From Armatimonadota bacterium (lineage in GTDB: Bacteria; Armatimonadota; SYMT01): 64,000 nucleotides of DNA. The notes beneath the pieces are model-generated. The model did not search any database. It was not told the DNA's origin and worked only from the letters and a program-made list of their open reading frames with translations. How positions within the stretch are numbered: the first letter of the stretch is position 1; every line of letters begins with the position of its first letter. Below, piece by piece: positions 27,051-37,072 of this stretch. The translations under genes were made by a program, and so were the position numbers. The stretch is from assembly GCA_046292385.1 (NCBI GenBank), contig JBKBRF010000029.1:30089-94088 (forward strand), given 5' to 3'.

Positions 27051-29829
27051 TCCCGGTCCGGTCAATTCGATACCGGAAGAGACGGCGGCGCTGATCCGGG
27101 ACGCGTTCCCGCGTGAGGCCGCCTCGGAAGCGCTGCGCGGCCGCGTCGCCGAGCGGTGCCGGTCGGCATTGGAAGCCGGGAGCCCAGCACGCCCCGCCCG
27201 GCGGCCGACGCGCCTGCACTACGCGCTGGCGGCGTGCTTGCTGCTGCTCCTGATCCTGCCGCTCCTCTCCCCGCGCGGCGGCGGAGTTGCCTACGCGGAG
27301 GCGGCGACCACGCCGGGCCAGCTCACGGTGCTGGACGACACCGGCCGCGCCGCCGGGGTCTGCCCGCTGAAGCACACCGACGTGAAGGCGGACGTGACCG
27401 GCTACCTGGCGCGCGTCTCCGTGACGCAGCAGTTCGAAAACCGGGAGCGGCAGCCGGTGGAGGCGGTGTACACCTTCCCGCTGCCGGCCGACGCCGCGGT
27501 CGACCGCATGACGCTGACGATCGGCGACCGCGTGATCGAGGGGGAGATCCGGCGCCGAGAGGAGGCCCGGCAGCTCTACGACGCGGCAAAGGAAGCCGGA
27601 CAGGCGGCGGCGCTGCTGGACCAGGAGCGGCCGAACATCTTCACGCAGTCGGTCGCGAACCTGATGCCGGGGCAGCCGGTCACCGTCACCATCAGCTACG
27701 TGCAGACGCTGAAGTACGAGGACGGGCAGTACGAGCTGGTCTATCCGATGGTCGTCGGGCCGCGCTTCACCGCGGGCAGCGGCGGCTACCAGGCGCCGGG
27801 ACTGCGGGGCGAGCCGAGCTCCATCCGCCAGTTCCAGGGAGATCCGGGCAAGCAGAGCGTCGTGACCGACGCCGAGAAGATCACCCCGCCGATCACCCCG
27901 GAGGACACGCGCGCGGGACACGATATCTCGGTGACCGTCAACGTCGACGCCGGCCTGCCGATCCAGGCGCTGCAGTCCGAGCTGCACGATGTCGACGTCG
28001 AGCGCCGGGGCGAGGGCCGGGCCACGGTAGCGCTGCGCGGCGGAAAGACGATTCCGAACAAGGACTTCATCCTCCGGTACGGCGTGGCGGGTGACGACGT
28101 AAAGGCGGCCGTCCTGGCGCACGCCACGGAGAAGGGCTCCGGCTACTTCACGCTGTTAGTGCAGCCGCCGAAGCTCGACGCCGCCGAAGCGCCGGCCGCC
28201 CAGCCGCGGGAGATCATCTTCGTGATCGATCAGAGCGGCTCGCAGTCCGGCTGGCCGATCGCGAAGGCGAAGGAGACGATGCGGTACCTGATCCGGACGA
28301 TGAACCCGGACGATACCTTCCAGCTCCTCGGCTTCTCCATGGAGGTAGAGCCGTGCTTCGAGAAGCCGGTGCCGAACACGCCGGAGAACGTGGCGAAGGC
28401 GCTGCGCTTCCTGGAGCCGCTCGAGGGGAACGGGGGAACCGACGTCCTGAATGCGGTCGACTACGCCCTCACCATTCCCTCCTCCGGGCGCCGGCGCCTG
28501 GTCTGCTACCTGACCGACGGCTACGTCGGAAACGACATGCAGGTGCTCGGCTACGTGCGGAAGCACCGCGGCGAGGCGCAGATGTTCCCGTTCGGCATGG
28601 GGAACGGCACCAACCGCTTCCTGATCGACGGCATGGCGAAGGAAGGACACGGCGTGGCCGAGTACGTCACGCTGAAGTCGTCCGCGGAAGAGGCGGCGGC
28701 ACGCTTCTACCGCCGCGTTGCCGAGCCGCTGGTGACCGATCTCACGCTCGATTGGGGCGGACTGAAGGTCGCCGACCTGCTGCCGGAACGGATCCCCGAC
28801 CTGTTCGTCGGCGGCCGGCCGATCGTCCTGAAGGGCCTCTACCTGGCGCCCGGCGAGGGCACACTCACCCTTCGCGGCGCGCTGGATGGCAAGCCCTGGA
28901 GCTATGAGGTGCCGGTCCGCTTCCCGGAGGAGACCGGCGGCGACCCGAGCATCGCCACCCTCTGGGCGCGGGAGAAGATCGAGGAGCTGCAGGGTCAGGA
29001 CTGGAGCGGCGCCCAATTCGGCACGCCGAACCCGCAGATCAAGGAGCAGATCGTTAACCTGGCGCTTGAATTCCGGCTGATGAGCCAGTACACCTCGTTC
29101 GTCGCCGTGGAGCAGCGCGTGGTCAACGTCGGCGGGAAGCAGCGGACGATCGACGTGCCGGTCGAGATGCCGGACGGCGTCTCCTACGACGGCATCTTCG
29201 GCGAGGATGCGGAGCAACAGGTCGCCTTCGCAGATGGCCGCGCGAAGCGGGTTGGCCACTGGTACTCGGCGCCGGCCACCCCACCGGCTGCCGGCGGGCA
29301 GATGGCACCGGGCTTCCTACCGCCCGGTGGTGCTGTGGCCGCGATGCCGGCGAGCGAGGCTCCGCTCCAGCGGAGGAATGGAGACGCGTATGGGGATGGT
29401 GGTGTTGTACCCGAGGTCGGCGTCACCCCGTTCCAGGAAACGCCAGAGATGACTGCCGTCCCCATTCCTGGAAAGTCCAAGTCGCGTGTGATCGCCCGCC
29501 GACCGCGCTCGCTGCAGGTCCAGGAGAGCGGCAGCCCGACCGGGTTCACGGACATCCCGTTCGGGCGCGGGGAAGTAAAGCCCGCCAAGCTCCACGCGAC
29601 CCTCCGCCAGCGTCTGACGCAAGCGACTCCCGGCGAGGAAGTGGAGGTGCAGCTCTGGGTCCGGAAGCTCCCGGCGGACTGGAAGGCGCAGCTCGAAAAG
29701 CTCGGCTTCGAGCTGGCGACGGAGCTCACGCCCGGCAAGCTCCTCCTCGGCTCGGTGCCGGTGAAGGCGCTGGAGAAGCTGGCGGAGCTGGAGTGGGTCG
29801 TGCGGGTCGAGCCGCCGCGCTTCCGATAG
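26998..29829 (+). CDS. Membrane-anchored VIT + vWA domain protein (putative anti-sigma/sensor)
   Basis: Short N-terminus, one TM helix, VIT (VTQQFEN..EAVYTFPLP..QERPNIFTQSVANL), vWA MIDAS DQSGS..GGT..LTDG, SQYTSFVAV. Confidence 0.88.
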   Translation: MWSPRFRLWFRPDAPASDPGPVNSIPEETAALIRDAFPREAASEALRGRVAERCRSALEAGSPARPARRPTRLHYALAACLLLLLILPLLSPRGGGVAYAEAATTPGQLTVLDDTGRAAGVCPLKHTDVKADVTGYLARVSVTQQFENRERQPVEAVYTFPLPADAAVDRMTLTIGDRVIEGEIRRREEARQLYDAAKEAGQAAALLDQERPNIFTQSVANLMPGQPVTVTISYVQTLKYEDGQYELVYPMVVGPRFTAGSGGYQAPGLRGEPSSIRQFQGDPGKQSVVTDAEKITPPITPEDTRAGHDISVTVNVDAGLPIQALQSELHDVDVERRGEGRATVALRGGKTIPNKDFILRYGVAGDDVKAAVLAHATEKGSGYFTLLVQPPKLDAAEAPAAQPREIIFVIDQSGSQSGWPIAKAKETMRYLIRTMNPDDTFQLLGFSMEVEPCFEKPVPNTPENVAKALRFLEPLEGNGGTDVLNAVDYALTIPSSGRRRLVCYLTDGYVGNDMQVLGYVRKHRGEAQMFPFGMGNGTNRFLIDGMAKEGHGVAEYVTLKSSAEEAAARFYRRVAEPLVTDLTLDWGGLKVADLLPERIPDLFVGGRPIVLKGLYLAPGEGTLTLRGALDGKPWSYEVPVRFPEETGGDPSIATLWAREKIEELQGQDWSGAQFGTPNPQIKEQIVNLALEFRLMSQYTSFVAVEQRVVNVGGKQRTIDVPVEMPDGVSYDGIFGEDAEQQVAFADGRAKRVGHWYSAPATPPAAGGQMAPGFLPPGGAVAAMPASEAPLQRRNGDAYGDGGVVPEVGVTPFQETPEMTAVPIPGKSKSRVIARRPRSLQVQESGSPTGFTDIPFGRGEVKPAKLHATLRQRLTQATPGEEVEVQLWVRKLPADWKAQLEKLGFELATELTPGKLLLGSVPVKALEKLAELEWVVRVEPPRFR

Positions 29830-29894
29830 TCCCGCGAGGGGCAGGGATGCCGCTCTCCCGCGCCTAACCGTGCCACGAGCACACGGGAGGGCGT

Positions 29895-31688
29895 ATGGCG
29901 CGGGAGAGCGGGAGCATCGGAGAGCCGGGACAGGTGCTGGGGACGGGGCGCGAGGCATTCACCACGCGTCCCGTCATCACCGGCCGTAAGGGCGTCGTAA
30001 CGGCCGGGCACTACCTGGGCGCGGCCGCGGGCATGGAGATCCTGCGCGGCGGCGGTAACGCGATCGATGCCGCCGTGGCGACCGGCTTCTGCCTGGCGGT
30101 GCTGGAGCCGCACCTGAACGGGATCGCCGGCGAGTCGCCGATGCTGATCTACCACGCGGCCTCGCGGCGGGTGGTCGCGATCAACGGCCAGGGCACCGCT
30201 CCCGCCGCGGCGACGATCGACTGGTTCCGGGGCCAGGGCATCTCCCTGATTCCGGGCGACGGCCTCCTCGCCGCGACCGTGCCGAGCCAGGTCTCTAACT
30301 GGCTCCTCGCGCTGGAGGAGTTCGGGACGCTCCCCCTCTCCGCGGTCCTGCCGCCGGCGCTGGAGCTGGCGCGCGACGGCTTCGCGATGTACCACGGCCT
30401 GCGCCGCTGCCTGCTGGCGAACCAGCAGCGCTTCCGCGACGAGTGGCCGGGCTCCGCGGCCGTTTACCTCCCGAACGGACGCGTGCCGGAGTGGGGGGAT
30501 ACCTTCCGCAACCCGCAGTGGGCGGAGACGTTCGAAGCGCTCCTGCGGGCGGAGCGGGAAGCGGCGCACCGGGGCCGCGCGGCGGGGCTGGAGGCGGCGC
30601 GCGACGTCTTCTACCGCGGCGCGATTGCGGAGCGGATCGCGGAGTTCTGCCGCGAGAACCGCTTCCGGGATGCCACCGGCGACGAGCACTCCGGACTGCT
30701 CGCCTACGACGATCTCGCCGGCTACCGGTCTCGGGTGGAAGACCCGGTCACGTACGACTACCGCGGACTCAGCGTCTCCAAGTGCGGGCCGTGGTCGCAG
30801 GGCCCCGTCTTCCTCCAGCAGCTCGCGCTCCTGGAGGGCTACGACCTCCCCCGCCTCGGCCACAACTCCGCGGACTACATCCATACGGTGGTAGAGTGCG
30901 CGAAGCTTGCCTTTGCCGACCGCGAGCTCTACTACGGCGATCCGGACTTCGCGGAGGTCCCCCTCCCCCGCCTTCTCTCGCCCGAGTACAACGCCGCGCG
31001 CCGGGGGCTGGTCGATCCCGCGCGGGCCTCGCTGGAGCTGCGGCCGGGCGACGCCGGCCCGCGCCCGCTGAAGCTGATCCTGGGAGACGAGCGCTCCTAC
31101 AACGGCGACACCACGCACCTCGACGTGATCGACGCCGAGGGGAACATGATTGCCGTTACCCCGAGCGGGAGCTGGATCCAGAGCAGCCCGGTGATCCCGT
31201 CGCTCGGCTTCCCGCTCGGCACGCGCGCGCAGATGTTCTCCCTCGATCCCGCTCACCCCAACGCGCTGCAGCCGGGCAAGCGCCCCCGCACCACGCTGAC
31301 GCCGTCGCTCGCGACCCGTGACGGCGCGCCGTGGATGGTCTGGGGCACACCCGGCGGCGACCAGCAGGACCAGTGGACGCTCCAGTTCTTCCTGAACGTG
31401 GTCGAGCTCGGCATGGGCCTGCAGGAAGCGCTCGACGCCCCCACCTTCCACTCCCAGCACTTCCCCAGCAGCTTTTACCCCCGGGCGCAAATGCCGGGTC
31501 GACTGGTGGTGGAACGCCGCATCCCCGAAGCGGTGCGGGATGAGCTGCGCCGCCGCGGGCACGACGTGGAGGTGACGGGGGACTGGTCGAACGGCCGCGT
31601 CCTCGGGATCCGCATCGATCCGGCCCGCGGCCTCATCTTCGGCGGCGCCTCCCCCCGCAACGAAACCGGCTACGCCATCGGCTGGTAG
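29895..31688 (+). CDS. Gamma-glutamyltransferase family protein (YwrD-like)
   Basis: GGNAIDAAVA, KLAFADR, DTTHL (catalytic Thr), PGKRPRTTL, GTPGGDQQ. Confidence 0.93.
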   Translation: MARESGSIGEPGQVLGTGREAFTTRPVITGRKGVVTAGHYLGAAAGMEILRGGGNAIDAAVATGFCLAVLEPHLNGIAGESPMLIYHAASRRVVAINGQGTAPAAATIDWFRGQGISLIPGDGLLAATVPSQVSNWLLALEEFGTLPLSAVLPPALELARDGFAMYHGLRRCLLANQQRFRDEWPGSAAVYLPNGRVPEWGDTFRNPQWAETFEALLRAEREAAHRGRAAGLEAARDVFYRGAIAERIAEFCRENRFRDATGDEHSGLLAYDDLAGYRSRVEDPVTYDYRGLSVSKCGPWSQGPVFLQQLALLEGYDLPRLGHNSADYIHTVVECAKLAFADRELYYGDPDFAEVPLPRLLSPEYNAARRGLVDPARASLELRPGDAGPRPLKLILGDERSYNGDTTHLDVIDAEGNMIAVTPSGSWIQSSPVIPSLGFPLGTRAQMFSLDPAHPNALQPGKRPRTTLTPSLATRDGAPWMVWGTPGGDQQDQWTLQFFLNVVELGMGLQEALDAPTFHSQHFPSSFYPRAQMPGRLVVERRIPEAVRDELRRRGHDVEVTGDWSNGRVLGIRIDPARGLIFGGASPRNETGYAIGW

Positions 31689-31701
31689 TGAGGAGCGCTC
31701 C

Positions 31702-32589
31702 GTGGCCGAGAACATTCCACTTCTCTTCGATACCGACATCGGCAGCGACATCGACGACGCGGTGGCGCTCGCCTACCTGCTGCGGCAGCCCCGCTGCGAG
31801 CTGCTCGGCATCACCACCGTCACCGGGGAAGCGCAGGCGCGGGCGCGGCTGGCCGACGCGGTCTGCCGCGCCGCGGGGCGCGACGACGTGCCGATCCACT
31901 CCGGCGCGGAGGAGCCGCTCCTGATCGACCAGCGCCAGCCGCGGGCGCCGCAGCAGACCGCCCTCGCCCGGTGGCCGCACCGGTCGGAGTTTCCGCCGAA
32001 CACGGCGGTGCCGTTCCTGCAGGAGGTGATCCGATCTCGCCCCGGCGAGGTGACGCTGCTGGCGGTGGGGCCATTCACCAACGTGGGGCTGCTCTTCGCG
32101 CTCGATCCGGAGATCCCGCGGCTGCTGAAGCGGCTGGTGATCATGGGCGGCAGCTACCGGCACGGGCAGTCGGGCTTCAGCCGCCGGGAGTGGAACACCG
32201 GCTGCGATCCCCACGCCGTCGCGCGCATGTTCCAGGCGCCGGTGCCGGAGCTGGCGGCGTTCGGGCTGAACGTGACGCTGCAGTGCCAGCTGGAGGCCGA
32301 GGAGTGTCGGCGGAGGCTGCGCGGCGGGGTGCTCGACGTGGTGGCGGAGATGGCGGTGGTCTGGTTCGGGCACCGGCCGCAGATCACGTTCCACGACCCC
32401 CTCGCCGCCGTCGCGCTCTTCGAGCCGGAGGTCTGCGACTACGCCCGCGGCCGGGTGGAGATCGATCTTTCCAACCCACGGACCGCCGGCGTCGCCCACT
32501 GGGCGCGGAACGCGGAGGGTCCGCACTCGGTCGCGATCGCGGTCCGGCCCGAGCAGTTCTTCCAGCGCTACTTCGAAGTCTTCTCCTGA
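31702..32589 (+). CDS. Nucleoside hydrolase (IU-NH family)
   Basis: DTDIGSDIDDAVAL, GPFTN, MGG, EWN, HDPLA. Confidence 0.9.
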   Translation: MAENIPLLFDTDIGSDIDDAVALAYLLRQPRCELLGITTVTGEAQARARLADAVCRAAGRDDVPIHSGAEEPLLIDQRQPRAPQQTALARWPHRSEFPPNTAVPFLQEVIRSRPGEVTLLAVGPFTNVGLLFALDPEIPRLLKRLVIMGGSYRHGQSGFSRREWNTGCDPHAVARMFQAPVPELAAFGLNVTLQCQLEAEECRRRLRGGVLDVVAEMAVVWFGHRPQITFHDPLAAVALFEPEVCDYARGRVEIDLSNPRTAGVAHWARNAEGPHSVAIAVRPEQFFQRYFEVFS

Positions 32590-32607
32590 CCCTTTGGAGC
32601 TCCCCAG

Positions 32608-33711
32608 ATGTCGAATGCCCCCCTCTCTTCCCGCAAGCTGCGGGTCGGCGTGATCGGCGCCGGCGGCTTCGCGGAGATCTGCCACGTTCCCGGCCTCCAG
32701 TCCCATCCGCAGGCGGAGGTGGTGGCGCTCTGCGGCCGCCGCGTCGAGCACGCCCGCGCCATGGCGGACCGGCTCGGCGTGCCGGAGGTGCACACCGACT
32801 ACCGCGAGCTCTGCGCGCGGGACGACCTCGACGCCGTCACCATCACCACACCGAACGCCGTGCATGCGGAGCAGGCGATCGAGGCGTTCCGGCACGGCAA
32901 GCACGTCTTCTGCGAGAAGCCGCTCGGGATGACCGTGGCGCAGGTCCGGGAGATGCTGCGCGCGGCAGAGGAGAGCGGCAGGATCCACCAGGTGGCGTTC
33001 ACCTTCCGGTACACCTACGGCGTGCAGGAGCTGCGGCGGCGGGTGCGCGCGGGGGAGATCGGCCAGCCGTACTACATCCGGCTCCGGTGGGACGGCTGGG
33101 GCGGCCTCAGCTCCGGGTTCAAAGCCGGCTGGCGGGAGACGCTGGAAGAGGCGGGCGGCGGCGTGCTCTACGACATGGGCTCGCACCTACACGACCTCGC
33201 CCACTTCACGCTGGGGCCGGTGGAAGCGCTGACCGGCCTGCTGCACCACGTCCCGCGGGAGCGGGAGGACCGCCTCACGGGAGAGCGCCGGCCGGTGGAG
33301 ACCGACGACCTCGCCGCCGCGTGGTTCGAGCACGAGAGCGGCGTCCGCGGCGAGTGGTTCATGAGCCGCGCCACCCCGCCGCAGGGCGACAACAGCTACA
33401 TGGAGGTGGTCGGCCCGGAAGGCGCTCTCCAGTGCGCCCTCAGCCGCGGCAACGTAGAGCGGCTCCGGCTCTCCCGGCCGGACCAGCCGCAGTGGGAAGA
33501 CGTCCCGCTCCCCGAAGAAGCGTACGACGGCACCCCGCACGGCCTTGGGATCATGATGCGCAGCTTCGTCGACGCCTGCCTGCGGGGCAGCCTGGACGGC
33601 GACGTCGACGCGTCGTTCCAGGACGGCCTTGCGGCGCAGCAGGCGCTGGCGGCCGTAGCGGAGTCCGCCGGCTCCCGGCGGTGGATCGCCCTGCGGGACG
33701 CGGGACCGTAG
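32608..33711 (+). CDS. Gfo/Idh/MocA oxidoreductase
   Basis: VGVIGAG, HVFCEKP, GGGVLYDMGSH. Confidence 0.93.
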   Translation: MSNAPLSSRKLRVGVIGAGGFAEICHVPGLQSHPQAEVVALCGRRVEHARAMADRLGVPEVHTDYRELCARDDLDAVTITTPNAVHAEQAIEAFRHGKHVFCEKPLGMTVAQVREMLRAAEESGRIHQVAFTFRYTYGVQELRRRVRAGEIGQPYYIRLRWDGWGGLSSGFKAGWRETLEEAGGGVLYDMGSHLHDLAHFTLGPVEALTGLLHHVPREREDRLTGERRPVETDDLAAAWFEHESGVRGEWFMSRATPPQGDNSYMEVVGPEGALQCALSRGNVERLRLSRPDQPQWEDVPLPEEAYDGTPHGLGIMMRSFVDACLRGSLDGDVDASFQDGLAAQQALAAVAESAGSRRWIALRDAGP

Positions 33712-33807
33712 CGGACTGAGTGGGCGCAAGGGAGAGTGGGCGAGCTTGAAACGCTTTCGGCGGTACGCCGCGCTCTCGAGAGTCGAGCTACCGTGGAGGG
33801 GACGAGG

Positions 33808-34833
33808 ATGGGGATTTCGATGACCCGGCGCGCGCTGCTCGGCGCCGTGCTGCTGCTGGGGATCTGCGGCCCGGCACAGGCTCAGGCGCAGCGCTTCGCC
33901 GACCTGGGAGACTTCCTGCTGGAGAGCGGCGAGACGATCCGCGGCTGCCGCATCGGCTACCGCACTTTCGGGACGCTGAACGAGGACGGCAGCAACGCCG
34001 TGCTCTTCCCCAGCTGGTTCACCGGGACCTCGCAGGACCTGGCGGGCTCGATCGGGCCGGGCAAGCTGGTCGACAGCAGCCGCTACTTCGTGGTGGCGGT
34101 CGACGCGCTGGGGAACGGCGTCTCCAGCTCCCCTTCCAACAGCCCCACGCAGCCGGCCGGGCAGTTCCCCCGCTTCACGATCCGCGACATGGTGGCCACC
34201 CAGCACCGGCTGCTGACCGAGGTCCTGAAGGTGCGGCGCCTGCACGCGGTCGTCGGCATTTCGATGGGCGGGATGCAGGCGTTCCAGTGGTCCGTGTCGT
34301 ATCCCGACTTCGTCGAGCGGGCAGTGCCGATCGTCGGAACGCCGCGGCAGAGCGGCGCGGACCACCTGCTCTGGGGCGCGCAGCTCCGGATGATCGAGCG
34401 CGCCGGCTCCGCGGAGGCGCGGCGGGAAGCGATGAAGGCGGTCGCCACGCTCCACGCGCTGTCGCTCTGGAGCCCCGCCTATCACGTGGAGCACACCACC
34501 GCGGAAGGCGCGGCGCGCATCCTGGAAGATCAGGAACGCGGCGCCCTCTCCCGGCATCCGTTCGACTGGGCCGCGCAGCTCCGTGCCATGATCGGGCACG
34601 ACGTCTACCGCCCGTTCGACGGCTCCGTGGAGCGGGGTGCGGCCGCCATCCGCGCGCGGCTGCTGATCGTGGTGGCCGAGGCGGATCACATGGTGAACCC
34701 GGCGCCGTCGCTGGAGCTGGCGAAGCACCTGAAGGCCGAGACGCTGGTCCTCACGAGTGACGCAGGCCACCTCGCCCCTGGCGCCGAGACCGCACGGATC
34801 GCGCCCGCGGTGAGCCGTTTTCTGGAAAAGTAG
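33808..34833 (+). CDS. Alpha/beta hydrolase, homoserine O-acetyltransferase (MetX)-like, with signal peptide
   Basis: YRTFGTLN, FPRFTIRDMV, GISMGGMQ, C-terminal DAGH; start 33808 or 33820. Confidence 0.8.
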   Translation: MGISMTRRALLGAVLLLGICGPAQAQAQRFADLGDFLLESGETIRGCRIGYRTFGTLNEDGSNAVLFPSWFTGTSQDLAGSIGPGKLVDSSRYFVVAVDALGNGVSSSPSNSPTQPAGQFPRFTIRDMVATQHRLLTEVLKVRRLHAVVGISMGGMQAFQWSVSYPDFVERAVPIVGTPRQSGADHLLWGAQLRMIERAGSAEARREAMKAVATLHALSLWSPAYHVEHTTAEGAARILEDQERGALSRHPFDWAAQLRAMIGHDVYRPFDGSVERGAAAIRARLLIVVAEADHMVNPAPSLELAKHLKAETLVLTSDAGHLAPGAETARIAPAVSRFLEK

Positions 34834-34953
34834 ACGCCTCCTAATGCGGGGAGCAAACCAACTCTGCGGAGAGCCAGTACGCCGCAGGCACGCCGCCGAA
34901 GGGGAGGCGCGCGCGGCGGCGAACGTAGTATGCACTAGTGGAGGGACGATCCC

Positions 34954-35679
34954 GTGGCACTCACCGCCCCGCACCACCTGCCCCTACCGGAAGACGACGC
35001 GCCGTTCCCCCTGGAATGCGGCGACACGCTCGACCGCGAAACGTTCCACGCGCGATACGAAGCGATGCCGGAGGACTTCCGCGCGGAGCTGATCGAAGGG
35101 ATCGTCTATCTCACCGCGGCGGTTCCGGGACCGTACAGCCGCTCACACAGCCGCTTTCACAGCACCGTCGCGGCCTGGCTTTCTTGCTACGGTGCCGCCA
35201 CGCCGGGCCTGGAGAGTTACGTCAGTCCCACTATTTTCCTGGGGAGGAGCGAGCTCCAGCCGGATGCGTGCCTGCTCATTACCCCGTCCTGCGGGGGACA
35301 GAGCGGCGTCAACGGCGACTACCTCTCCGGGGCTCCGGAGCTAGTGGCAGCAGTCGCCACCTCCCACGCCTCGATCGATCTCCACGCCACCAGGCACCTC
35401 TATGAGAGCGCGGGTGTGCAAGAGTACGTGGTGGTGCTGGTCCGGCAGCCGTTCGTGTTCTGGTTCCGCAGCGTGGACGGTCGGTTACAGCAGGTTCCGC
35501 CGGACGCGGATGGCTGTTTCCGGTCCGAGGTCGTCCCCGGCCTCTGGCTCGATCCGGCAGCGCTCCTGCGGCTCGACAGCGCGGGCGTGCTGCGCAAGCT
35601 GCAGGAGGGGCTCGCCTCGCCGGAGCATGCGGAGCTCGTGGCACGTCTCGCGGCGGCGCGGGGAGAGGCGGAAGCGTGA
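34954..35679 (+). CDS. Uma2-family (PD-(D/E)xK-like) protein
   Basis: AELIEGIVY, QPDACL, GAPELV, YESAGVQEY, SEVVPGLWLD. Confidence 0.88.
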   Translation: MALTAPHHLPLPEDDAPFPLECGDTLDRETFHARYEAMPEDFRAELIEGIVYLTAAVPGPYSRSHSRFHSTVAAWLSCYGAATPGLESYVSPTIFLGRSELQPDACLLITPSCGGQSGVNGDYLSGAPELVAAVATSHASIDLHATRHLYESAGVQEYVVVLVRQPFVFWFRSVDGRLQQVPPDADGCFRSEVVPGLWLDPAALLRLDSAGVLRKLQEGLASPEHAELVARLAAARGEAEA

Positions 35680-37010
35680 GGCCGGGAGCGGCCGCGCGGG
35701 TGACGCGGCGGGAGCTGCTGGCCGGGGCGGCCGCGGCGACGGGCGCCGCCGCGCTCTCCGGCTGCCGGCAGCCGGCCGCCACCGCCGCCGGCTCGCGGGA
35801 GCTGGTGGTCTGGCACTCCTGGGGCGGGCCGCACGCGGAGACCTTTCCGCGCGTGATCCGGCGCTTCGAGCAGACTCACCCGGGGATCCGCATCCGGCCG
35901 GTCTTCACGCCCAACAACCTTTCCGCCAACCAGAAGTTCTTCACCGCGGTGGCCGCGGGGACCCCGCCGGACGTCGTCTTCGTCGACGGGCCGCAGGTGG
36001 CATCGTGGGCGGAGCGCGGGTCGCTGACCCCTCTCACCGACCGGTTGTCCGGCGCGGGCATCTCGGAAGCCGACTACTTTCCGCCGACCTGGCGGCAGAA
36101 CCTCTACCGGGACGAGGTGTGGGCGATTACCTACTGCGCGGATCCGAACTTCGGCTTCGCCTGGAACCCGGAGCTCTTCGAGCAGGCGGGCCTCGATCCG
36201 GACCGGCCGCCGCGGACGATCGCGGAGCTGACGGAGTTCGCCCACCGGACCACCCGGGAGCGCAACCGGGTGCTGACGAAAGTGGGGATCATCCCGTGGG
36301 CGCAATACGGCCCCGCGAACAGCATGTTCACGTGGGGCTGGGTCTTCGGCGGCGACTTCTTCGACTACGAGACGGGAAAGGTGACGGCAGACGACCCGAA
36401 AGTGGTGAAGGCGCTCGAGTGGATGGTCTCCTTCACCGAGCGTTACCCGCCGGAGCGGATGCAGAGTATGCAGCAGGGTATCGGCCACACGGAGCAGGAC
36501 CCGTTCTTCAGCGGACGCATGGCGATGCGCTGCATGCACATCAGCGGGGTCTCTTCGCTGGAGCGGTACGCGCCGGATCTTCCCTATCGCCTCACCTACA
36601 TCCCCGCGCCGCCGGACGGAGAGGCGCGCAGCTCGTGGGTCGGCGGCTGGTGCATGAGCATCCCGGCCGGCTCGCGTCATCCGGACGACGCGTGGGAGCT
36701 GATCCGCTGGCTCTGTCACGACGAGGAAGGGACGGTCCTGGTAGGGCGGGAGAAGGGACTGCTGCCCGGGATGCGGCGGTCCGCCTACTTCCGGGAAGTA
36801 GTGCGGGACCCCCGGCTGGAGGCGTTCGTCCGCATCCTGGAAGAGAGCCGGCACCAGCGGCCGGTGATGCCGGTGCAGGCGTTCTACATGCGCGAGATGA
36901 AGCGCGCGGTCGACGCCGCGGTCTACGGCCAGAAGACGCCAGCCGAGGCGCTGGCGGACGCGCGTAAGAACACGCAGGCGGAGCTGGACCTGGTCCTCGC
37001 TGGGAGTTAG
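35676..37010 (+). CDS. Carbohydrate ABC transporter substrate-binding lipoprotein (Tat)
   Basis: TRRELL, LSGC lipobox, AAGTPPDV, FEQAGLDPDRPPRT. Confidence 0.92.
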   Translation: MRPGAAARVTRRELLAGAAAATGAAALSGCRQPAATAAGSRELVVWHSWGGPHAETFPRVIRRFEQTHPGIRIRPVFTPNNLSANQKFFTAVAAGTPPDVVFVDGPQVASWAERGSLTPLTDRLSGAGISEADYFPPTWRQNLYRDEVWAITYCADPNFGFAWNPELFEQAGLDPDRPPRTIAELTEFAHRTTRERNRVLTKVGIIPWAQYGPANSMFTWGWVFGGDFFDYETGKVTADDPKVVKALEWMVSFTERYPPERMQSMQQGIGHTEQDPFFSGRMAMRCMHISGVSSLERYAPDLPYRLTYIPAPPDGEARSSWVGGWCMSIPAGSRHPDDAWELIRWLCHDEEGTVLVGREKGLLPGMRRSAYFREVVRDPRLEAFVRILEESRHQRPVMPVQAFYMREMKRAVDAAVYGQKTPAEALADARKNTQAELDLVLAGS

Positions 37011-37072
37011 GAAGGATCGATCCACCGGCGAAGGCGCCGGGCCCGGAGCAGCGACGCCCCCCAATAGAACCG

